A stretch of DNA of 13,158 bases, taken from NCBI GenBank assembly GCA_033763905.1, contig JANRJP010000014.1, positions 1 through 13,158 of the forward strand. The letters are read 5' to 3'. Positions 1 through 6,451 of this stretch are shown here, piece by piece. The notes under the pieces are model-generated. The model made no database searches and was not told where the DNA came from. It saw only the letters and a list, made by a program, of their open reading frames with translations. Position numbers and translations under genes: made by a program. Source of the stretch: Gemmatimonadaceae bacterium. GTDB lineage: Bacteria; Gemmatimonadota; Gemmatimonadetes; Gemmatimonadales; Gemmatimonadaceae. The first letter of the stretch is position 1. Every line of letters begins with the position of its first letter.

Positions 1-284
1 GCCGACAGCGCCGGATGTTCCACGCGACACGGCATACACCACGACGCGAAGAAGTTCACCACCACCACGGTGTCGCGCATCTGCGTGAGCGACACCGTGG
101 TGCCGTTCGGCTTGGCGAGTCGCGGCTCGTCGCCGGGCGCCAAGGTCACCAGTTCGAACTTGGGGGCGTCCGTCCCGGGCAGCGGCGAGGGGATGTCCTT
201 GGGATCGCGGGTCATCCCGAACGCGAGCAGCCCGATCACCGGCAGGGCGACGCCCGCAGCCACCGCCGCTCGCGTCCAGTTCAC
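1..284 (-). CDS. ccmG: CcmG/DsbE (TlpA-like) membrane-anchored thiol:disulfide oxidoreductase, 3'-truncated by window edge
   Basis: Manual translation from GTG at 284 (GTGA overlap with the ccmF stop): MNWTRAAVAAGVALPVIGLLAFGMTRDPKDIPSPLPGTDAPKFELVTL...VVVVNFFASWCMPCRVEHPALS. Shows an N-terminal TM anchor, an 'IPSPL' motif and the NFFASWCxxCRxEHP thioredoxin-like active site, and lies directly downstream of ccmF. Not in the ORF track because there is no stop in the window. Confidence 0.9.
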   Translation of the reverse strand, partial: MNWTRAAVAAGVALPVIGLLAFGMTRDPKDIPSPLPGTDAPKFELVTLAPGDEPRLAKPNGTTVSLTQMRDTVVVVNFFASWCMPCRVEHPALS

Positions 285-2332
285 TGCGCCATCCCCTGCG
301 TCGTGGCCACCCCAACGCCCTGCGGCGCAGTCCAGCCCTCGCCGCGACTGACCGGTCGGGCCACCGCCACGCGACGACCCTGCGAGCGCCGCGTCGGCCA
401 GCCGGAGATGACGGCACCGAACGCCACGACGAATCCGCCGATCCAGATCCACGGCACCAGCGGCTCTTCGATCGCGCGGATCGTCGCCGAGCCACCATCC
501 GGCGTGAACGCCATCAGATTGAGGTACAAGTCACCCAGCGGTCGGCTGCGGACCGACGGGGTGGGCACCGGCTGTTCCTGCGTGGGATAGAAATTGAGCC
601 GCGGATCCAGCGTGCCCAGCACCTTGCCCTGCTTGTCGAGCACCTCGACGTCGGCGCCAATCACCTGACGGTGCGCTTCGTCGCGCCCCCAGAGCTCCTT
701 GAAGCGGAGATCGAAGTTCCGCAGCGCCAGCGTGGCCCCAGGCTTGAGCGTCGCTTCGCGCTCGTACTTGTACGACGACGACGCGGCGATCGCGACCGAC
801 ATCATGATGATGCCGGCGTGTGCGACATACCCCCCGTAGCGCCGCTGATTCGCCGCTACCAGGCGACCGACGGCCACGGCGGGATTCTCACCGTGCGCCT
901 TCATTCGCGCGCCGGCCCCGATCACGTACTCCCGCACGTTGCAGACGAGCGCCCAGGCCGCGAACGCCACCGTCGCGACGGCAAAGGGATCACGAATCCC
1001 GACGGCGAGCGCAAGCCCGAGCGCCACGAACGCACCAATCGTTGGCGCGACGACCATCGACTTTACCTGCTCCCACGAGGTGCGCCGCCACGGCAACGAC
1101 GGCCCAACACCCATCAAGAAGAGCAGCGCCGCGCAAAGCGGCACTGTCATCTGATTGAAGAACGGCGCCCCCACGCTGACCTTGATGCCCTTGATCGCCT
1201 CGGCGACCAACGGGAACAGCGTGCCGAGCAGCACGGTGAACGTGAACGCGGTGAGCAGCAGGTTGTTGAGCAGGAACACCGTCTCGCGGGACGCTGGCGC
1301 GTCGAGATGCCCTTCGCTCGCGAGCTTCTCGGAGTTGCCGGCGACGAGGGCGAACGTGGTCACCAACCCGATCGCGATGAACGCCAGGAAGTAGTAGCCG
1401 ATCGTCCCCGTCGTGAACGCGTGGACGCTCGAGAGCACTCCCGATCGCGTGAGGAAGGTGCCGAGAATCGTGAGCAGGAACGTGCCGACGATCAGATTGA
1501 CGTTCCACAGCTTGAGCATCCCGCGGCGCTCCTGCACCATCGCCGAATGCAGGTACGCGGTGGCGGTCAGCCACGGCATAAACGACGCGTTCTCGACCGG
1601 ATCCCAGGCCCAGTAGCCGCCCCAGCCGAGGACTTCGTACGACCACCACATCCCGGCCATGATGGCCAGGCTCAGGAACGCCCACGCACCGAGGGTATAG
1701 CGACGGGTCAGCACCATCCAGTCGGGCTTGTCGATCTCGCCCGAGAGCAGGGCCCCGATCGCGAACGCGAACGGAATCGCCATCCCGACGTAGCCGAGAT
1801 ACAGCAATGGGGGATGCACCGCCATCAGCGGGTGGTTCTGCAGCAGCGGATTCGGTCCCGGACCGTCGGCCGGCGTCGGCGACACCAGATGCCACGGATT
1901 GGCGGGTCCGACCAACAGCAGATAGAAGAACACGCCGATCGCGAGCAACGTCGCGGCGGCGTAGGGCACGAGGTTCCCTTCACGTCGGCGGTTGGCGAAC
2001 ACGACCGCCGCCGACAGGCCGGCGAGCACAAAGCCCCAGAACAGAATGGAACCTTCGAGGGCGCTCCACAGCGAAATGACCGTGAAGAACATCGGAGTCG
2101 CGCGGCTGCCGACCTGCGCGACATAGCCGATCGAGAAATCGTGGGTGACGAGCCCGTACACCATCGCGCCGGTGGCCACGGTGAGCAGCCCGAAGTTCGC
2201 GTACACCGCGTTGTACGACGCGGCCACGAGCGCCTGCTGCCGACGCCGAGCGCCGAACGCCGCCATCAACAGGCCGACGATCGAGACGGCGAGCGCGATG
2301 ATCGTCGCGAGATAGCCGATCTGACGCGTCAC
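281..2332 (-). CDS. ccmF: Cytochrome c haem lyase subunit CcmF
   Basis: 683 aa polytopic membrane protein with GPNPLLQN, HPPLLYLGY, the WWD motif WSYEVLGWGGYWAWDPVENASFMPWL, TAYLHS, GTFLTRSGVLSSVHAF and GGYVAHAG. Its GTG start overlaps the ccmE stop (GTGA). Confidence 0.98.
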   Translation of the reverse strand: MTRQIGYLATIIALAVSIVGLLMAAFGARRRQQALVAASYNAVYANFGLLTVATGAMVYGLVTHDFSIGYVAQVGSRATPMFFTVISLWSALEGSILFWGFVLAGLSAAVVFANRRREGNLVPYAAATLLAIGVFFYLLLVGPANPWHLVSPTPADGPGPNPLLQNHPLMAVHPPLLYLGYVGMAIPFAFAIGALLSGEIDKPDWMVLTRRYTLGAWAFLSLAIMAGMWWSYEVLGWGGYWAWDPVENASFMPWLTATAYLHSAMVQERRGMLKLWNVNLIVGTFLLTILGTFLTRSGVLSSVHAFTTGTIGYYFLAFIAIGLVTTFALVAGNSEKLASEGHLDAPASRETVFLLNNLLLTAFTFTVLLGTLFPLVAEAIKGIKVSVGAPFFNQMTVPLCAALLFLMGVGPSLPWRRTSWEQVKSMVVAPTIGAFVALGLALAVGIRDPFAVATVAFAAWALVCNVREYVIGAGARMKAHGENPAVAVGRLVAANQRRYGGYVAHAGIIMMSVAIAASSSYKYEREATLKPGATLALRNFDLRFKELWGRDEAHRQVIGADVEVLDKQGKVLGTLDPRLNFYPTQEQPVPTPSVRSRPLGDLYLNLMAFTPDGGSATIRAIEEPLVPWIWIGGFVVAFGAVISGWPTRRSQGRRVAVARPVSRGEGWTAPQGVGVATTQGMAQ

Positions 2333-2811
2333 GAGCGGCTCTCGCGCATCAAGGTCTTGTTCAGGCGCTCGGGGTGCTTCATCTCCTCGGCGTTCGGCGC
2401 GCGGTATTCGTTGGAGTGCTTCACCATCAGGTTGTCGCTCTGGAACACGCCGTCGCGCGTGTACTTGCCTTCGACAACGACCCCGATGCCGGCGCGGAAC
2501 ATCTGCGGCGGCGCGCCGCGCGAGTGCACGAGCACTTCAGCGCCCTGGCCGTCGGTGACCTTGAAGCGGAGGTCGAGATTGTCGGCGTTCCACACCACCG
2601 AGCCGGCGACGACCTGTCCGCCGAGGCGCACCGGGCGCTCGACGGCCTTGTCGCCCTTCTGGATCAGCTCGCCGGGGGTGAGGAAGTACACGATGTTCTC
2701 GCCAATGCCGCCGTAGGCGAGATAGCCGAAGCCGCCGAGCATCAGGGCGACGGTGGCAAGGGCAACCCACTTCTTGTTGGAGCGGGGCGCGGGGGCGATG
2801 GGATTCGTCAT
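2329..2811 (-). CDS. ccmE: Haem chaperone CcmE
   Basis: 160 aa with an N-terminal TM, 'NIVYFLTPGE', 'RLGGQV..GSV', 'PPQMFRAGIGVVVEG' and the haem-binding HxxxY motif (KHSNEY). Confidence 0.97.
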   Translation of the reverse strand: MTNPIAPAPRSNKKWVALATVALMLGGFGYLAYGGIGENIVYFLTPGELIQKGDKAVERPVRLGGQVVAGSVVWNADNLDLRFKVTDGQGAEVLVHSRGAPPQMFRAGIGVVVEGKYTRDGVFQSDNLMVKHSNEYRAPNAEEMKHPERLNKTLMRESRS

Positions 2812-2814
2812 TGG

Positions 2815-2961
2815 TCAGAGTCCTGAGCGTTCGGCGTCACGCGACGCCTGGGTCCACACGCGATACAAGTGAATGGCATAACCGATGAGCACGACCCACG
2901 TCACGGCATACGCCGCGATCACATAGGGCCACTCGCCAGCGACACGGCCGTCAACGGGCAC
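2815..2961 (-). CDS. ccmD: Haem exporter protein CcmD (small single-TM protein)
   Basis: 48 aa ORF read manually: MPVDGRVAGEWPYVIAAYAVTWVVLIGYAIHLYRVWTQASRDAERSGL. The GTG start is preceded by GGAGG. It has a 'YVxAAY' motif, one TM segment and a charged tail, and sits at the canonical position between ccmC and ccmE. Below the ORF-track size cutoff. Confidence 0.85.
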   Translation of the reverse strand: MPVDGRVAGEWPYVIAAYAVTWVVLIGYAIHLYRVWTQASRDAERSGL

Positions 2962-3697
2962 GAGCAGATCCTCCCGACAAGGCGCGCGCCTCGGCCCGCC
3001 GCTCGGCGGCCAAGGTCCACAGCGCAGCGCGATAGCGCACCACGATGCACGCCGCCAACAACACCGCGAAGGCCACCGCGTTCCAGCGCAGGCCGATCAC
3101 GTAGGCAGGGTCCACCGTCGATGGCGACGACTGCATCTGGTGCAGCGTGCGCCACCACTTCACGGACATATAGACGATCGGCACGTTGAGGGCGCCGAGA
3201 ATGCCGACCGCCGCACTCCAGCGCGCGCGACGCTCGGGGTCGTCGGTGAGCGCGCGTAGCGCGAGAAAGCCGACGAACACCAGAAAGAGCACCGCGGTGC
3301 TGGTCAGGCGAGCGTCCCACGTCCACCACACGCCCCAGGTCGGACGACCCCAGATGGAGCCGAGCACGAGCGTGAGGCCGGTCATCACGGCGCCTGCTTC
3401 CGCTGCGGCAGCGTTGAGCAGATCGGCCTGCTCGCTGCGCTTCCACAAGACAGTGACGCTGGCCCAGAAGACGACGAAGAACGCAATGAAGCTCGCCCAC
3501 GCCGCCGGCACGTGGACGTACATGATCTTCTGCAAATGCCCCATATCGCGGTCGGGCGACGACGTGGTGATGCCCACCACCTGTCCGCTGATCATCAGCA
3601 GGACTGCCGCCGCGATCAGCAGGGTCGGCACGCGCGGCCGCGCGATGGCGTCGGCGGCGCTGCTCGCCGCGCGCTCGGGAACGGCAATGGTACTCAC
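2951..3697 (-). CDS. ccmC: Haem exporter/haem delivery protein CcmC
   Basis: 248 aa with 'IMYVHVPAAW', the tryptophan-rich WWD motif GSIWGRPTWGVWWTWDARLT and 'SVKWWRTLHQ'. Confidence 0.97.
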   Translation of the reverse strand: MSTIAVPERAASSAADAIARPRVPTLLIAAAVLLMISGQVVGITTSSPDRDMGHLQKIMYVHVPAAWASFIAFFVVFWASVTVLWKRSEQADLLNAAAAEAGAVMTGLTLVLGSIWGRPTWGVWWTWDARLTSTAVLFLVFVGFLALRALTDDPERRARWSAAVGILGALNVPIVYMSVKWWRTLHQMQSSPSTVDPAYVIGLRWNAVAFAVLLAACIVVRYRAALWTLAAERRAEARALSGGSARAR

Positions 3698-3718
3698 GAC
3701 TCGCTCCGGTTCACGTGC

Positions 3719-4405
3719 CTAGCCCTCAATCACAAAAGGGAACACCCAGAATGCTGCCACGACAAAAATCACATCGAAGGCCGCCAGTAGCCGGATCCAG
3801 CTGCCTGCGTTGCCCATCGGATCGTCGATCAACAGCGCCCCGGTCGCTTCGGTCGCGGCGATCAGCACCGGCACGAGCATCGGGAACAGCAGCAACGGCA
3901 GCAGCACCTCGCGCGCGCGGCTCCGACTGGCCATTGCCGCATACACGGTGCCCAGAGTCACGAAGCCCACGGTGCCGAGAAACAGCACGCCGAGCACCGA
4001 CACCCACGCGTCCGGAATGGCGACGTGATAGAAGATGCCGGCCAGCGGGATCGTCACGACTTCGACGAGAAAAATGAACAGCAGATTCGCCGACAGCTTG
4101 CCCGCGAACAATGCCCAGCGCTCGCCCGGATAGAGCAACAGCTGCTCCAGCGCGTTGCCTTCCATTTCGAGTTGATACGAGCGATTGAACGCCAGCACGC
4201 CGCTGAACAGCACGGTAAGCCACAGCACGCCGGCGGCCGCGGAGCGAAGTCCCTTGGCGTCGGGCCCGAGGGCGAAGCCGAAAAACAGCAGAATCAGCCC
4301 CGCCATCGCCGCGACGCTGTTGAAGTTCGCCTTGGTGCGACGCTCGGCGGTGAGATCCTTCCAGAGAATCGCCCGCGCGCGGCCGAGGTCGGTAGCGAAG
4401 GACAT
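3719..4405 (-). CDS. ccmB: Haem exporter ABC permease CcmB
   Basis: 228 aa hydrophobic protein with 'ILWKDLTAExR', 'EGNALEQLLLYP', 'GKLSAN' and 'REVLLPLLLFPMLVPVLI'. Its ATG overlaps the ccmA stop (TGATG). Confidence 0.96.
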   Translation of the reverse strand: MSFATDLGRARAILWKDLTAERRTKANFNSVAAMAGLILLFFGFALGPDAKGLRSAAAGVLWLTVLFSGVLAFNRSYQLEMEGNALEQLLLYPGERWALFAGKLSANLLFIFLVEVVTIPLAGIFYHVAIPDAWVSVLGVLFLGTVGFVTLGTVYAAMASRSRAREVLLPLLLFPMLVPVLIAATEATGALLIDDPMGNAGSWIRLLAAFDVIFVVAAFWVFPFVIEG

Positions 4406-5127
4406 CAGGCGCTCACCGAGGCGAGAACACGCGACGCGAGTGCGGCATTCGGCGTGTCGAGCGACGCGTCCGTCGGCTCGACAAACGTGCCGTCCTGCAT
4501 CGCCACCACGCGATCGGCCTGCACCGAGCCGCGCTGCAGGTCGTGCGCCACCAGCAGCACGGTAGCCCCGCGCGCGCGCGTGTCGTCCACAAGGCGTGAG
4601 ACGAGTTCCACGCCCTGAGCGTCGAGCGAGTTGAACGGTTCGTCGAGCAGCAAGAGCTGCGGTGTGCGCAGATACAGCCGCGCGATCGACAATCGCCGCT
4701 GCATCCCGCTCGAGAATCCGCGCGCCCGCTCATCCGCCACGTCGCGAAGGCCCACCGTGTCGAGCGTGGCGTCGATGACGCTGCGCGACGCGGGCCGCCC
4801 CAGCATTCGCGCGGCAAAGGTCAGGTTCTCGGCCGCGGTGAGGTCGCCGTAGAGCGCCACATCGTGCGTGAGCAGGGCGCTGTGTTCGCGAATGAATCCC
4901 GGCGCCGCCGTGACATCGACCCCAAGCACACGCGCGGCGCCGCGCGTCGGGCGCAGCGCGGTCGCGACAATACGCAGGAGCGTGCTCTTGCCGGAGCCGT
5001 TGTGGCCGACGATCGCCACGACTTCGCCGCGCGCCACCGTGAGCGATACCCCGCGCAGGGCCCAGCGCTGTCCGAAGCGCTGCGCCACCCGCTCCAGCTC
5101 CACCGCTGGGGCCGAGGTCGCGCTCAC
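4405..5127 (-). CDS. ccmA: Haem exporter ABC ATPase CcmA
   Basis: 240 aa with Walker A GHNGSGKST, signature FSSGMQRR, Walker B LLLLDEP and H-loop VAHD. First gene of the ccm run. Confidence 0.94.
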   Translation of the reverse strand: MSATSAPAVELERVAQRFGQRWALRGVSLTVARGEVVAIVGHNGSGKSTLLRIVATALRPTRGAARVLGVDVTAAPGFIREHSALLTHDVALYGDLTAAENLTFAARMLGRPASRSVIDATLDTVGLRDVADERARGFSSGMQRRLSIARLYLRTPQLLLLDEPFNSLDAQGVELVSRLVDDTRARGATVLLVAHDLQRGSVQADRVVAMQDGTFVEPTDASLDTPNAALASRVLASVSA

Positions 5128-5188
5128 GGCAGGGTGACGTTCATTGGGACGTGCGTCCGGGGTCGATAGAGAACGGCGGTGATGGCAC

Positions 5189-5194
5189 AGTCTA
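5189..5194 (-). promoter_or_regulatory. Candidate -10 element (TAGACT) for the ccm operon
   Basis: TANNNT hexamer about 60 nt upstream of the ccmA start. The identical hexamer precedes fur. No convincing -35. Confidence 0.4.
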
Positions 5195-5260
5195 CGGTCG
5201 GGCCCGATTTCTCAGGAGTCGCGAACGGTACGGGCGACCCCTCCGTAGAACTCCGGACGG

Positions 5261-5827
5261 TCAGCCGCGCTGCGGCTTGGGGAACGGCGACGCGGCACTG
5301 CGCATCGGCATCACGCGGACCTCGTGGCCCCAGGTCCGGAGCTGGCCGATGACCGCGTCCAAGAGGTCATCCACCCGGGCCGACACACTGGCGGTCAGGC
5401 CCTTGCGACGCTCTAGAAGTTCGGGCTCGATCCCCAAGGTCACCGCCTGGGGCGGCAAGGCGCCTGCGCGTTCGATCGCCGCGACCACGCCCCCGGAGTG
5501 CAGGGGGACGATCGTCGCACGGCGAGTCGCCGTGGACGAGACCGCGCTGCCCTCCAGCCGAAGCACGGTGCCTGGGGCGGCCCCTGCACGGATCGCGTCG
5601 ATGAACAGCACCCGTTCCGCGCGCTCGAGCAAGGGCAGGGCGCGACCGCCATCTGGGCCGACGTCCTCCAGCACGACTTCGGGCCCCACGTCGTACATCC
5701 TGGCGAGACGAGACAGCACTTCAGGCCCAATCCCATCGTCCGCCAGATGGGGATCGCCAAGGGCGATCACGACCGTCCCGCGACGGAAGGGGGCGTCTTG
5801 CTGTTGGGGCGTCTGAAGGCTTGCCAT
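5261..5827 (-). CDS. Hydrogenase maturation protease family protein (HyaD/HybD/HycI-like, peptidase A31), divergent
   Basis: 'VVIALGDPHLADDGIG', 'EDVG', 'RVLFIDAIRAGAAPGTVLRL', 'TLGIEP' and 'GLTASV' follow the family pattern GxGNxLxxD(E/D)GxG...DA...G..PG...G..P...GLS..V. No hydrogenase gene in the window. Confidence 0.85.
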   Translation of the reverse strand: MASLQTPQQQDAPFRRGTVVIALGDPHLADDGIGPEVLSRLARMYDVGPEVVLEDVGPDGGRALPLLERAERVLFIDAIRAGAAPGTVLRLEGSAVSSTATRRATIVPLHSGGVVAAIERAGALPPQAVTLGIEPELLERRKGLTASVSARVDDLLDAVIGQLRTWGHEVRVMPMRSAASPFPKPQRG

Positions 5828-5903
5828 ATCTGCCTTGCAAGCTCGCCGAATCCGCCCGCGACGCTGTCAGGGGCCCCCCGACCTTGGGTAGGGGTTCCAA
5901 ACT

Positions 5904-5923
5904 CGGACTGACGTTACAGTCCG
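5904..5923 (-). terminator. Stem-loop directly after trxC stop (possible weak terminator or mRNA stabiliser)
   Basis: Perfect 7-bp stem CGGACTG-acgtta-CAGTCCG, 4 nt past the trxC stop. Only a short AGTTTG tail on the minus strand. Confidence 0.4.
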
Positions 5924-5927
5924 CAGC

Positions 5928-6386
5928 TCAGAGCCCGACGCGCGAAAGCAGTTGAAGAATCGCCGCTTTGGGCACCGCGCCCGCCTGCTGCGCCACCGGC
6001 TGCCCGCTCTGCAACAACACGAGCGTCGGGATGCTGCGGATCTGGTAGGCCATCGCGGTCGTCTGCTCGACATCGGTGTTCACCTTGGCGACCAGGAGTC
6101 GTCCGGCGAAGCTCGCGGCAACGTCGTCGAGGATCGGTGCCATCATCTTGCAGGGCCCGCACCAATCGGCGTAGAAGTCCACCAGCACGGGGACAGTGGT
6201 GTCCTGCACGGCACGGGTGAAGTCGCGGTCGTGGAGCGCCACCGGGCGATCCAGCAGGAGCGGCTTGGCGCACGCCGCGTTGCCGCAGCGCGGGCGATCG
6301 CCGACGCGAGTGGCGGCGACGTGGTTGATCGCGCCACAGAAGGGGCAGGGGACCGCGAGGCGGGCAGGAGTCGGAGCGCTGGTCAT
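5928..6386 (-). CDS. trxC: Thioredoxin 2 (TrxC) with N-terminal zinc-finger domain
   Basis: 152 aa with N-terminal CPFC...N...RCGNAAC, active site VDFYADWCGPCKMMAP and cis-Pro loop IRSIPTL. Confidence 0.95.
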   Translation of the reverse strand: MTSAPTPARLAVPCPFCGAINHVAATRVGDRPRCGNAACAKPLLLDRPVALHDRDFTRAVQDTTVPVLVDFYADWCGPCKMMAPILDDVAASFAGRLLVAKVNTDVEQTTAMAYQIRSIPTLVLLQSGQPVAQQAGAVPKAAILQLLSRVGL

Positions 6387-6403
6387 TGGCGGTGTAAGAT
6401 CGT

Positions 6404-6427
6404 CATATAACCATAGCGTAATATATG
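6404..6427. promoter_or_regulatory. AT-rich inverted repeat/promoter upstream of trxC
   Basis: CATATA-N12-TATATG within the most AT-rich patch of the window. It contains a minus-strand TATATT -10-like hexamer (6420-6425). Confidence 0.6.
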
Positions 6428-6451
6428 GGCGGGGCTAGTCCCCCGGAGCGG

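Noticed and set aside
671..2716. 681-aa plus-strand ORF
   Set aside because: Antisense shadow of ccmF/ccmE. Arg-rich, with no motifs, as is typical of high-GC codon bias.
5141..5188. 15-codon GTG ORF whose stop overlaps the ccmA uORF ATG
   Set aside because: The GTG abuts the candidate -10, so it would lie upstream of the transcription start. No SD, and likely chance.
5821..5860. Possible sigma-54 promoter (TTGCA) upstream of the protease gene
   Set aside because: No GG at the required GG-N10-GC spacing.
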